A stretch of DNA of 64,000 bases from a virus (Duplodnaviria > Heunggongvirae > Uroviricota > Caudoviricetes): the IMG/VR virus record IMGVR_UViG_3300031555_007715; one strand, 5' to 3'. The notes under the pieces were generated by a model. It saw nothing but the letters and a program-made list of their open reading frames with translations, was not told the origin of the DNA and made no database searches. Position numbers and translations under genes: made by a program. Positions 50,628 to 60,776 of the stretch are shown in pieces; the first letter of the stretch is position 1; every line of letters starts with the position of its first letter.

Positions 50628-50709
50628 GAGAGACCTCCTTTGTTATTCAATCGTGACTTTTTCTTTTACTTAAGTATAAGACTTAGTATAATAATTATAA
50701 CATAAAATA

Positions 50710-51519
50710 TTACTTTATTATATTATTTATTTTTTCTCGACAATAAAATAGATATTGTTGTGCAACACCTTTATATGGACCAAGTATATTGGATTTTTCT
50801 AATATATCTTTATTTGACACATTATCTTGACCATTAAAAAATAATAGAATCATTGTTCTTCTTATCCATGTATCAACGGGAAAAACAGTATAATCATGAT
50901 AAGCAAAAAGCTTAATACATGCTTCAACTTTTTGCCCAATTCCTTTTATTTCTGTTAAATGGTTATAAATTTCTTTTATTCCATACTTATTTATTTTTTG
51001 TAAGGCGTCATAAATATAGTTAGCTCTAAAACCGACTTTACATTCTTTAAAGTCATCAATACTTAAAGATAGCAATTTATCCAATGATGGGAATGAATAA
51101 TATTTTTTGTTTTTATATAAAATTTCATTTCCATACTTTTCGCATATAAGCTCTATACATCTTTGAATTTGAGGAATTCTATTATTTTGGCTAATTATAA
51201 AACTTATGATAGTCTCTAAAGGGCTTTGATTTAATATATATATTCCCTTGCTTTCTTCTATAAAATCTTTCATAAAAGAACAATTTTTTGTTATATTGTC
51301 TTGTATTTCATTATATTTTTCATTAATATTAAAATATTTTGACCAATATTCATAATTTTCACTATTTTTTATATATAAAACATTGTTATCTTGATAACAT
51401 TCAATTAATTTATCTTCACTAATAACAATATAGTGATTATTATCTATTTTTTGATATCTAAAAACTTGACCACATTCTAATGTTTTTGAAAGATTAAAAT
51501 CGTTAATGATAAGTTCCAT
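50710..51519 (-). CDS. HhH-GPD DNA glycosylase, Ogg/AlkA-like
   Basis: helix-hairpin-helix IKGIGQKVEACI followed by the catalytic Asp in FPVDTW. Confidence 0.6.
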   Translation of the reverse strand: MELIINDFNLSKTLECGQVFRYQKIDNNHYIVISEDKLIECYQDNNVLYIKNSENYEYWSKYFNINEKYNEIQDNITKNCSFMKDFIEESKGIYILNQSPLETIISFIISQNNRIPQIQRCIELICEKYGNEILYKNKKYYSFPSLDKLLSLSIDDFKECKVGFRANYIYDALQKINKYGIKEIYNHLTEIKGIGQKVEACIKLFAYHDYTVFPVDTWIRRTMILLFFNGQDNVSNKDILEKSNILGPYKGVAQQYLFYCREKINNIIK

Positions 51520-51713
51520 TATTAAAGGGTCCTTTCTCTTTTTTTTAATGATATCATATTTAATAATATTTATCTATGGTATTTATTGTTAATAAAAAAT
51601 TATATAATTGATTTTTTTGATGTATAATATTATTAGCAAGTATTTTCTTAATAAGTGCAGGTACTTAATATTAAGCAAGAGAGAAATTATACATGTAACG
51701 TGCGAAGGAGGAC

Positions 51714-52238
51714 ATGATTATGAAAAGAAACTTTATTTTGATTAAGGGCGATGAGTCCAAGGTTGAAAGCGTTGATAAGGATATTAGAGATTGTGCTTTT
51801 TATCAGCCAATCGAAGACGCTAAAAAAGCAGCTCGTAATTACATAAAGATGGTTGATGCCGTCAATGATTATGAAAGCTGTGAACAGAGATTTTATACCT
51901 ATACCAAGCAGTTAGAGGGGCTTGAATTTATTGGCCAGAGCATTGAAATCAGACCATATAAGAACCTTTATGAGGCATTATTAGATGGATTCTGTTCGTT
52001 TAATGATGTTGGGATGACTGCTGCGGGGTTAAAGTCTATTGATGATGGCATGTTGTTTGCTGTTAGAGTGCCAGGAAATACAAAGTCTTTTGGCTATGTT
52101 CTTTATTCTCCTAGCGGGGATATTTTGAAAGCGAGATATGCTTTTAATCTCGACTTTGAAAATAAGACTATCTGTAAATATCTTATGCTTTTTGCAAAAG
52201 ATGTTTTGGATTATGTTGAACAGTCAAAGACGGCGTAA
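51714..52238 (+). CDS. hypothetical protein
   Basis: GCGAAGGAGGA leader; terminator at 52245-52275. Confidence 0.5.
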   Translation: MIMKRNFILIKGDESKVESVDKDIRDCAFYQPIEDAKKAARNYIKMVDAVNDYESCEQRFYTYTKQLEGLEFIGQSIEIRPYKNLYEALLDGFCSFNDVGMTAAGLKSIDDGMLFAVRVPGNTKSFGYVLYSPSGDILKARYAFNLDFENKTICKYLMLFAKDVLDYVEQSKTA

Positions 52239-52349
52239 TCTTTAAGCTGCGATTTCGCAGCTTTTTTATTTTTTGTGTTTACATTTTATATTTTTTGTTA
52301 TATAATTAATTTATTGAAAAATAATTGAAATTTAGAAAGGAGTTTTTTT

Positions 52350-52511
52350 ATGGGAAAAGAAACTAAAATTATATTAGGAACTATTTTGGCAGTATTAACA
52401 GGGGTTATTGTAGGATGTTCTATCTATTCTTCTAAAAAGAAAAAGAGAGCATTACTTGAAGATGGTTGTGAATGTGATTGCGGTTGCGAGTATTGTGATA
52501 GCAATGAGTAA
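52350..52511 (+). CDS. 53-aa membrane peptide with Cys-rich tail (CECDCGCEYC), not in ORF track
   Basis: ATG after AAAGGAG; one TM; terminator at 52526-52556. Confidence 0.35.
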   Translation: MGKETKIILGTILAVLTGVIVGCSIYSSKKKKRALLEDGCECDCGCEYCDSNE

Positions 52512-52633
52512 TACTTGATATGAAGCCATGCTGTAACGGCATGGCTTTTTGTTTTTGAAAAGAATTGTTATAAATGATATAATTATAATGTTAAGTTATA
52601 TCTTTTACAACAATTCTTACGAAGGAGGTTGCT

Positions 52634-53332
52634 ATGATTGACATTATTAATGAGATTTGCAGAACTCTCAATATTACCTATGATGAGTTAATGAAACTGA
52701 ATGCTAAGGAAATTGAAGAGTTAGCAAACAAAAGGCAAGAAGAAGAAATTGCCGAACGAATTAAGAATGGCGAGAAAGAAATTAACATGTTAAAGCTTAT
52801 TGTTAAAGATTGGGATGTATTAGCTTCTTATATTGGAGAAGAAGAACTTATCAGACAATTTGCTAAACATCGTAAGCTTAGCGATTATTTTACATCGACT
52901 TACAGTCTTCCTGATTGCCTCAAGCATCTGTCGGAAGAACAGCAGGAACTTTTTAGGGTTTCATCGTCTGGTAGTAGATATTATATTTTGTCTACTTATT
53001 ACAGCGAAGATGCTATAAAAGACGCATTGTTATTGTGGAATAAAAATCTTTCTTGTTACTCTTTGACTATGTACCGTTATGACGGTATTAACACAGAGGT
53101 ATCTTTTTCTATTGAGATGGAAAACTTTATGGGTGATAAAAAGACAAATTATCACCTAAGTACGACGTTGTTTTCTGTTTTGCAAAGGGATATTAATATG
53201 ATTATTAACGATGTTCTTGACAGGATGGACTTTCATAAAATTGTTAATAAGGAATCTGATAAGTATCAACGTGTAAATCAGTTTTTCCTTTCTGATGAGT
53301 GGAAGCATTTTGAGAAAATTGTTAAGTCGTAA
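52634..53332 (+). CDS. hypothetical protein
   Basis: ACGAAGGAGGT leader. Confidence 0.5.
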   Translation: MIDIINEICRTLNITYDELMKLNAKEIEELANKRQEEEIAERIKNGEKEINMLKLIVKDWDVLASYIGEEELIRQFAKHRKLSDYFTSTYSLPDCLKHLSEEQQELFRVSSSGSRYYILSTYYSEDAIKDALLLWNKNLSCYSLTMYRYDGINTEVSFSIEMENFMGDKKTNYHLSTTLFSVLQRDINMIINDVLDRMDFHKIVNKESDKYQRVNQFFLSDEWKHFEKIVKS

Positions 53333-53500
53333 GGACGGGGACTTCTCCATATTGGGGGAGTCCTTTGTTTTATTAAATGTTTTAAATAAATGATATAATA
53401 TAAATATGCAGTTTTATGCTTTTAAGTATAGATGGCAAACATTTTTACAAAAAGAACTGGTCACAAAAAGTACATTATTGGAAGAAATGGAGGAGATTCT

Positions 53501-54229
53501 ATGAATAACATTATTAGTGTAATCAGTGATATTTTCACAAATGATTTGTTGGTCTTTTTGTTTAGGGCTTTATGTGCCGTATGTTTTGCTCTTATTATTG
53601 GCTTAGAAAGAGAGCTGACGGGGCATAAGGGTAGTATTAAAGTAAATATTTTAATTGCCCTTGGGTCTTGCGTATTTTGTTCCTTTGAGCTACTTTTAGG
53701 ACTTGCAGAAGCAAGAGTTTCGGCTAATATTACGACTGGTGTTGGTTTTTTATGTGCTGGATTTATTATGAAGACTGGTACATATGTAAACGGCTTGTCT
53801 ACAGCGGCAACTCTTTGGTGTAGTGCTGGTGTTGGTATGTTAACGGCAAGAGGTTATATTGCCGAAGCATTTATCATTAGCATTCTGTTATTTGCATTGA
53901 ACCTTATAATTTCGAAGCTTTTCAAAAATATTAAGCCTCTTAAGGGGTTTGATGACTCAAAGAAAAACATTACATACAAGTATAACGTTGTGTGTTTGAA
54001 GAGTGATGCGGAAGAGGTTAGGAAATCTTTTATTAAAACAATTTCACCTATAAGCGGCGTATCTCTTGAATCTATTGTAACAAAAGGGATAACAGAAGAT
54101 AAAGTTAGAGTTGTTGTTGTTATTAATATGGACAATCAGGACTTCGTTGTTGCGGAAGATATTTCGTCAAAGATTGATTCAATTAAAGGCGTATTGTCTT
54201 CTGGATGGGAACAGGAATACGATAATTAA
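53501..54229 (+). CDS. mgtC: MgtC/SapB family membrane protein
   Basis: IIGLERELTGHKG motif; start reset to the ATG after AATGGAGGAG; terminator at 54235-54272. Confidence 0.7.
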   Translation: MNNIISVISDIFTNDLLVFLFRALCAVCFALIIGLERELTGHKGSIKVNILIALGSCVFCSFELLLGLAEARVSANITTGVGFLCAGFIMKTGTYVNGLSTAATLWCSAGVGMLTARGYIAEAFIISILLFALNLIISKLFKNIKPLKGFDDSKKNITYKYNVVCLKSDAEEVRKSFIKTISPISGVSLESIVTKGITEDKVRVVVVINMDNQDFVVAEDISSKIDSIKGVLSSGWEQEYDN

Positions 54230-54310
54230 TTGTGTGGCGGTTGTTGTTAAAACAGCCGCCTTTTTTGATAAAAAAATGCACCCGCTGTGAGGCAGGTGCA
54301 TCATGAGACG

Positions 54311-56542
54311 TTAATCAAAATAAAATGGAATAGGATTGTTATCAATGTCTACATTTTGGGGCGGTTTAATGTCCCAATTAATTGTAGCCCCATCAAGAAA
54401 CACTTTTTCAAAACTATTTTTGTCGGCATAAATTTTATACGACTCAATAAATTCACTCGTGGCTCTTTCAAACGGTTCATCACTTGGATTAATTTCACTT
54501 AGTTGATTATTGCGAGAATCATAAGCGTCTTTAAAATGTATCTTGTTTTCGATAAGCCACTTTACAAGAGCAGGTTTCTTTTCTTGTCGTAAACGGTCAT
54601 TACAATAATCTTTTGCTTGAATTAACTCGTACTCATAAGGTGAAATTTCACGTAGTTCTATACAAGCAGCAAGTTCATTTTTACTATCAAGCATAAACAC
54701 AATATTGCAATTTTTTGCAAAAGCCTTTTGGTCATAAGAGCCGACGCAAATATGCATTTTTTGCCCTGTATCTTTCATCTCGTCAGAAGTTTTTGCAAGA
54801 ACAAAGGAATATCCTTCAACATTACCACAGACAGAAAGTTCTTCTTTTACATACGGGATATAAAATCCCCGTGTTTTTATTTGGTCTAATACTAGCGATA
54901 ATCTGTCGTGTATTTGCTTAAAGTTTCCTTTAAATACTTTCTTTAACTCTTCTTTGTTTTCTGGTATCATTTTTTGTTCTCTCAATCTGTCGAACATGTA
55001 ACACATGTCTTTAAAAAGCATAAAGTTTATATCATTCACGTTTTTTGACAAAGAATCAAAAAAATCTTTTTCAGGACGCACCGAGCAATAAGTTTTTATA
55101 AACTCGATTATTTTGCAATAATATGTCCAGTTGTTATTCGATGGCAAAATGCTACCAAAAGAGAAAAGCTGTACTTTTTCCTTAAGAGATGGATTCAGGT
55201 CTGAAAAATATTTACACATGCAATCAATGTTTGTTAATCCTACGGAACAAAGTCTGACATATAAAAATGCAATAGCGGGATTTTTTAAACACATTTTTCT
55301 AAGAACTTTTCCTTTTACATTCAGTTTCCTTAAGAATTTTTCGAAAAGCAAAGAATCGTCTTTCATTCTTGCAAATTTCTTTAGTGTTTCTTTTTCAAAA
55401 TTATCAAGCGATATTTTTAAAAATTCTTCATTGTAACTATTTCCGTATCTATTAATCAGACACAACATTCGCATTGCGTCACTCGAACAAGAAACATAGT
55501 CTAATAGGTCTTTAATGTTAAGAAATGAGTTCTTTTTTTTGCATATTGCTTTTGCTACATTGATAAACATCTCATCAGTGAGATTTATTCCTGTCATGGG
55601 ATATTTTTGGTACGTGATATTGATGATTCGTGGTGCGCCTTTTTGCAACGGTTTTTTATCATCAAGTGAAATAGCACGAAATGCATATGTCTGGCCTGTC
55701 GTAACATTAAAAGTAATTCTTTCATTACTGGTAACACAATGTATTTTTCCATAAGGATTTGGCAATAAGTGTTTGTTAACAACAGATAAAACGATGGTGT
55801 TAGAACCTTCGTCATTGAATATATCGTAACAAATAGGTATCTTATTACTATAAATCCAATCAGAATCTCTACTTAATGACCGAACAGATAAACCGTCAAA
55901 TGAACAGATAGAACTATTTGAATTATTTGCACCAAATACTTTGTAACAAGAAGGGCATCGATAAATAAATTTACCATCCTCGTTTTCAAAAACATCCAAA
56001 AAGTATTGTTTTTCGCCTCTATCCCAGAAATCAGACATTATATCAATTATTATTGTTTTTGGAGTATCAAGGGCGTCTTTTCTTAAGGCATAAGCAATAA
56101 TGTTATCCTGTTCTTCTTTTAATACATCTTCTAGAGTTTTGTTGTGCATAGGAACAAGATAGTCTAACTCTTCATTTTGCTTTTTACAGAAAGGACATTG
56201 TATAATGTGAGTTGCCAATTTTTTGTAAAATAAGTAATTCCCATCATCTTTTGCTTTCTTGCTTATTGAAAATTTAAGCTTTTTTTCGTTAAACTTAATC
56301 ATTTTTTCTTGTTTTGATAACATCTTTTGATGTACCGCATGCATTCTTGAATAACGATAGTTAAGCTGTCTGTTTTTTGGATAGGTCCCTAAAAAGTCGT
56401 CGGTCAGGATATTATTCTCTAATTGATATCTTCCATTAAGTATGGCAAGTACCTTTTTAATGCTGAAATAATTACAGTATTCTTCTATGTTTATGTCTCG
56501 GTACACAGTAAATACATAAATTTCATTCTCGTTTAAGTTCAT
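54311..56542 (-). CDS. PcfJ-like protein with zinc ribbons (paralog 4, closest to paralog 1)
   Basis: CPFCKK...CPSCYK. C-terminal QKMHICVGSY...CNIVFML...ACIEL. GCGAAGGAGGTTG leader. Confidence 0.65.
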   Translation of the reverse strand: MNLNENEIYVFTVYRDINIEEYCNYFSIKKVLAILNGRYQLENNILTDDFLGTYPKNRQLNYRYSRMHAVHQKMLSKQEKMIKFNEKKLKFSISKKAKDDGNYLFYKKLATHIIQCPFCKKQNEELDYLVPMHNKTLEDVLKEEQDNIIAYALRKDALDTPKTIIIDIMSDFWDRGEKQYFLDVFENEDGKFIYRCPSCYKVFGANNSNSSICSFDGLSVRSLSRDSDWIYSNKIPICYDIFNDEGSNTIVLSVVNKHLLPNPYGKIHCVTSNERITFNVTTGQTYAFRAISLDDKKPLQKGAPRIINITYQKYPMTGINLTDEMFINVAKAICKKKNSFLNIKDLLDYVSCSSDAMRMLCLINRYGNSYNEEFLKISLDNFEKETLKKFARMKDDSLLFEKFLRKLNVKGKVLRKMCLKNPAIAFLYVRLCSVGLTNIDCMCKYFSDLNPSLKEKVQLFSFGSILPSNNNWTYYCKIIEFIKTYCSVRPEKDFFDSLSKNVNDINFMLFKDMCYMFDRLREQKMIPENKEELKKVFKGNFKQIHDRLSLVLDQIKTRGFYIPYVKEELSVCGNVEGYSFVLAKTSDEMKDTGQKMHICVGSYDQKAFAKNCNIVFMLDSKNELAACIELREISPYEYELIQAKDYCNDRLRQEKKPALVKWLIENKIHFKDAYDSRNNQLSEINPSDEPFERATSEFIESYKIYADKNSFEKVFLDGATINWDIKPPQNVDIDNNPIPFYFD

Positions 56543-56728
56543 TATTCTTTCAACCTCCTTCGCAAAATAGTATCTATATAAACTTAAAGTTAATAATACT
56601 GATACAAATATTATAGCATGAAATACGATTATTTGAAAGTTGAAAATTTTGTTTAAGAAATGTATTGATGATATAATATGTATAGGTAGTTATTTAACTA
56701 AAGTGCAGATTAACGAAGGAGGTAGTGT

Positions 56729-56998
56729 ATGATTAAAATCAGAATTAACAGCAATCGTGCGGAAGCACAGTTCATCAAAATGTTGCTTGCAAAGTTTGTG
56801 GGTAGCAAAAACTTTGAGCTGGAGGAAAAGAGAAGTATTTCTACCTCTGGTAGTGAAGTTGAATTGGATGTGAAGGTACATGCCAATTTCTCTGCTTTTG
56901 CAAAAAGGGTAGAGGCACAGAAGTGGCAGCTCCAGTATATCGCTAGTCCTAAAAAGGCTGGTGCATGGGAGTATGAATTAAATACCCAGACTGCGTAG
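56729..56998 (+). CDS. hypothetical small protein
   Basis: AACGAAGGAGGT leader; terminator at 57011-57040. Confidence 0.5.
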   Translation: MIKIRINSNRAEAQFIKMLLAKFVGSKNFELEEKRSISTSGSEVELDVKVHANFSAFAKRVEAQKWQLQYIASPKKAGAWEYELNTQTA

Positions 56999-57107
56999 AC
57001 AGTAAGAGAGGAACCTTAATGGGTTCCTTTTCTTTTTATAAAAAAATATTTTTAAAAAATAATTAAAAACACTTGACTTTTATAATATTTAGGTGTAATA
57101 TAATAAT

Positions 57108-57228
57108 TGTCAACAAGCAATTCCTTCACTTGTTGATACTCCTTTTTGTGAGTGATTTTTGGTACTCGATTTTTCGTAGTATCCTCCTTCGTATTGAAGC
57201 CCCGTTTTTGCGGGGCTTTTCCTTTTTT
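57108..57228 (+). ncRNA. candidate small RNA between promoter TTGACT-17-TAATAT (57073-57101) and terminator (57197-57228)
   Basis: no ORF. Contains TCCTCCTTCGT, the reverse complement of the recurrent ACGAAGGAGG leader. Confidence 0.3.
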
Positions 57229-57277
57229 AGCTATAAAACATATAAATAATAGCCAGTTCTTTGAACTGGCTATATTA

Positions 57278-57985
57278 TTATTCTATTCTTTCATTATTTG
57301 GAATTTTTATTTTGTTATATGAAAAGCCTGAAACATATAAAGAACTAGCTGATTTATTTTTTATTTCATCCGTTATTGTATATTTTTCACCAGGCATAAT
57401 AGTAATATTTCCATCTAATTGATATTTATTCTCACCCATATTTTTACCCTCTTCATTTAAATATCCTATTTTATATTCAATATGAGTTATTGCTTCTATA
57501 TTGTTATTTTTTACAATAATTGAAAATTTATCATCATAGGTAGCTATATCGATAATTGTCATGTTATTCATTGAAAAATATTTATTTGTTGCAGATATAT
57601 CTTCTTTTATACCAATATCATCTGATTTTTTACAAACATAAATTATAATTTTCTCATCAGGTCTTGATTTATATTTTATATGTTTATTGGTTTTAATAAC
57701 ACAACCATCAGGAGTGTATTGGTCAATTATATATTCAACGTTTAAGTCCAAAAATCCCAGTTTTTCTAATTTTTCTATTGCATCATTTTCGTCATATCCC
57801 GTTATGTCAGGAATAAAAATATAATTATCATATCTTTTTCCGTTTTCATAAGTAATTGCAAACTGACTTAGTACATATATTAAAATAAGAACAGGAATTA
57901 ATATTAAGATTGTAAATATTAATTTTTTCTTTTCAATTAGTTTTTCTTTAATTTTTTTTAATGTTTCTTTCAATTTTTCTTTCAT
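57278..57985 (-). CDS. membrane-anchored protein with PASTA-like segment
   Basis: N-terminal TM; IPDITGYDENDAIEKLEKLGF resembles a PASTA repeat. Confidence 0.45.
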   Translation of the reverse strand: MKEKLKETLKKIKEKLIEKKKLIFTILILIPVLILIYVLSQFAITYENGKRYDNYIFIPDITGYDENDAIEKLEKLGFLDLNVEYIIDQYTPDGCVIKTNKHIKYKSRPDEKIIIYVCKKSDDIGIKEDISATNKYFSMNNMTIIDIATYDDKFSIIVKNNNIEAITHIEYKIGYLNEEGKNMGENKYQLDGNITIMPGEKYTITDEIKNKSASSLYVSGFSYNKIKIPNNERIE

Positions 57986-58114
57986 TGTAATCACCTCTTT
58001 TATTTATTATTTGTTTTTATTATAGCACAAATTATTTTTTTTGATATATTTTTGATATAATTGTTATGGTAAGTTATTTATAATAATCTCATTACATACG
58101 AAAGGGGTGTTTTA

Positions 58115-58387
58115 TTGAGTGCTGAGAACGATAAAAAAGGAAGAACGTTTCATCATTTAAAAGGTATTGTTGTAGAAGAGGCATTGTTTAATTCGGATGG
58201 CGATGCCATAGATGGAACGGAGCGGCAACTTGTTGTGCTTTATAATGAGAGTAGAGTATCTATTGATGAGGTTGATGATATTCTTAAAAAAGGGATATAT
58301 GATATTTCATCAAAAGTTATTTCTATTCCTTATGAAGTTGCTATTAATTTGTCTGATTTAAAAGAGGAGGATAAGAAGGATGAGTAA
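58115..58387 (+). CDS. hypothetical small protein (TTG start)
   Basis: ACGAAAGGGGTG leader. Confidence 0.4.
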   Translation: MSAENDKKGRTFHHLKGIVVEEALFNSDGDAIDGTERQLVVLYNESRVSIDEVDDILKKGIYDISSKVISIPYEVAINLSDLKEEDKKDE

Positions 58388-58718
58388 AGAAAATGTAAAG
58401 AAGCAGAATGTTGTTTGGCACTTGGTGTTACACGATATTTGTAATGGTATCATTACTTTGAATACCGATGATGTTCCAATGTGGTCTGGCAGTTATTTAT
58501 GTACGTGTGTTGAGATGCGTAATGATAAAGTTGCTCGTAGATATCTTCAAATCATGGAGTATGATGATGAAAATGAATGCTGGCATGATTGTGGTAACCC
58601 TGGACATGTTTCTCATAAGATTCTTGCGTGGACGGATTCTATTGAATTGTGTGATGTCGCAGTGAATGAGGGGAATATTGAATATGTTTACGGTTGCTTT
58701 TTTAAGAAGAATCAGTAA
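58380..58718 (+). CDS. hypothetical protein
   Basis: overlaps the previous ORF by 8 nt; RBS GAGGAGGATAAGAAGG. Confidence 0.5.
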   Translation: MSKENVKKQNVVWHLVLHDICNGIITLNTDDVPMWSGSYLCTCVEMRNDKVARRYLQIMEYDDENECWHDCGNPGHVSHKILAWTDSIELCDVAVNEGNIEYVYGCFFKKNQ

Positions 58719-58754
58719 AGAAGAGAGGGCATTGCATTTAGCGATGTCCTCTCT

Positions 58755-59243
58755 TTATATTTCTGTTGGAGTAATACTTATAATTTTTTTGTTTTTACTT
58801 ATTGCATAATCAATGCAATTTTTTGTTCCGCCTGATGAGAATCCATCATACACAGCCAATATTATGTTTGAATTATCTACCATGTATATATTTCTTTCTT
58901 GCATACAAAATGAATTATATTTTCTGCTGTTAATATGAATAGTATCCGCTCTTGATAATATATATTGATACATTTTTTTTATTTTATCATCAGTCCATTT
59001 GCCTGTGTGGTTAATACAAGGAATAGCACAATGTAACTTGATGTTATATCCAGCATCTTTAAGGTCTATAACAGCCAGTGCAAATATCATATCGAGTCCT
59101 AATGCCATGCCAGAAATGCCTTCTGTACAGTTATTAAGAATGAGTATTTCTTTTATTTTTTCTTTCAAGAACAGATATCTTATGTCAGATAAATCGTATC
59201 CATATAATTTATCTGGTCTATGTCCTGTTGCACATATAATCAA
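58755..59243 (-). CDS. SLOG-superfamily Rossmann protein (YpsA/DprA-like)
   Basis: GISGMALGLD glycine-rich loop; ATGHRP N-terminal segment; TTG start after AAGGAGG. Confidence 0.4.
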   Translation of the reverse strand: MIICATGHRPDKLYGYDLSDIRYLFLKEKIKEILILNNCTEGISGMALGLDMIFALAVIDLKDAGYNIKLHCAIPCINHTGKWTDDKIKKMYQYILSRADTIHINSRKYNSFCMQERNIYMVDNSNIILAVYDGFSSGGTKNCIDYAISKNKKIISITPTEI

Positions 59244-59255
59244 GATAATTCCTCC

Positions 59256-59705
59256 TTAATAAGTCCCTCTGCTAATTGCTCTTTCTATATCTTTTCTTTT
59301 AATGCTTTCACGCTTATCATAGGTTTTCTTTCCTTTTGCAAGAGCTATTTCCAATTTTGCAAGACCATCCTTAATATATAGACTTAAAGGAACAATTGTC
59401 ATTCCTTTTTCCTCAACTGCTTGCTTGAGCTTTAAGATTTCATGCTTGTTTAATAGTATTTTTTTTACACGCTTTTCATCATGATTAAAAATGTTACCAT
59501 TGGAATAAGCAGAAATATGCATATTATTAACGCATACATCAGTTCCCTCAATAGAAATATATGCATCATTTATATTTGCTTTTCCTTCTCTTATCGCTTT
59601 TATTTCGGTTCCCTTTAATACGATGCCAGCCTCGTATTTGTCTTGAATATAATATTCATAATTTGCCTTTTTGTTATTGGCAATCACCATTTTAATTGAC
59701 TTCAT
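59256..59705 (-). CDS. smpB: SsrA-binding protein SmpB
   Basis: alignable to SmpB along its whole length (NKKANYEYYI..YEAGIVLKGTEIKAIREGKANINDAYI). Confidence 0.85.
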   Translation of the reverse strand: MKSIKMVIANNKKANYEYYIQDKYEAGIVLKGTEIKAIREGKANINDAYISIEGTDVCVNNMHISAYSNGNIFNHDEKRVKKILLNKHEILKLKQAVEEKGMTIVPLSLYIKDGLAKLEIALAKGKKTYDKRESIKRKDIERAISRGTY

Positions 59706-59718
59706 TTTTATTCCTCCC

Positions 59719-59979
59719 TTATAAACTAAAATATACTTTTATACTGGTTGCTGCTGTTATTAATATTGCTATTGATGTTCCTGCTATAATTGACCACTTA
59801 AGAATCTTTCTTCTTTTATATCGTGTTCTTATTTTTTGGGAACTTACATCATTACCTAAAATATTTGCTTCATTTTTCATTTCTCTCTTTAATTCACTAT
59901 ATTTAACACAAAATTCGATAATTATTACACCTATAAAAAAGATGGTAATTTCAGTAAATGATTTTAATATAATTTCCAT
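59719..59979 (-). CDS. small membrane protein
   Basis: two hydrophobic segments; RBS ATGAAAGGAG. Confidence 0.45.
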   Translation of the reverse strand: MEIILKSFTEITIFFIGVIIIEFCVKYSELKREMKNEANILGNDVSSQKIRTRYKRRKILKWSIIAGTSIAILITAATSIKVYFSL

Positions 59980-60051
59980 GATAAACTCCTTTCATATTTT
60001 ATAATAAGATTATACCATATTTTATGATATATATCAATACCTAAAATTAAA

Positions 60052-60078
60052 AAGCCTATCATAAAACGATAGGCTTCT
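60052..60078. terminator. bidirectional hairpin AAGCCTATC...GATAGGCTT
   Basis: perfect 9-bp inverted repeat downstream of the minus-strand block. Confidence 0.5.
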
Positions 60079-60776
60079 GACACATTCTAATAATTCAACG
60101 AAATTCATAATTATTTTTATTCTCTAATTTTTTAGGCACATTGATTGTACTTTAGAGTGTTTGATATAGTAATATTGTTTGATTGTTAGCGTCATATTAG
60201 TTCGTTGTATCTTAAACAAGGCATAAATAATATATTAAATATGATATTAGGTTTTTGCCCCAAGGTATGTCAAAAATCTGTTAAGGATTTGTATCTTCAC
60301 CAAAAGCAAACATTAAATATAATATTTTTTATATTTATTATGCAATATTTTTAATATTTCAAACAATATAACTCTAATAATGGAACGTTATTATTTCTAT
60401 CGCTCACTTGTAGGTTCTTTCTTTGGGCTTAAAAAATCTTTTAATGCAAATATTATAAACGTCTTCATGTTTCCATTATTGAATTATTAGGCTTTCATAA
60501 ACGATAAAAATAAATCTATTAACGTTTTTATCAAAATTAGCAAAAATTAGATTTTTTTGTCTAAAATAATATCATCTGAATACTGTCGGCAATTCAGATT
60601 TAATTGGCTTGACAAAAACGACAATAAAACTTAATCCTTACAGTTTAATTGAGCTGTATATATTATAACAAAAAAATATTGGCAAGTAAATCTATTGATT
60701 TTTTTTCGCAATGGTAATATAATCTAATATATATGAAGCATATTAACAATTTCACAAATAGAAAGGATTTTAAAAG

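Noticed and set aside
59980-60776. Possible tmRNA gene next to smpB
   Set aside because: I scanned both strands for the tmRNA 5' GGGG...TTCGAC motif, a T-arm GGTTCGA and an ...ALAA-stop tag frame. None is present; the region is plain AT-rich spacer.
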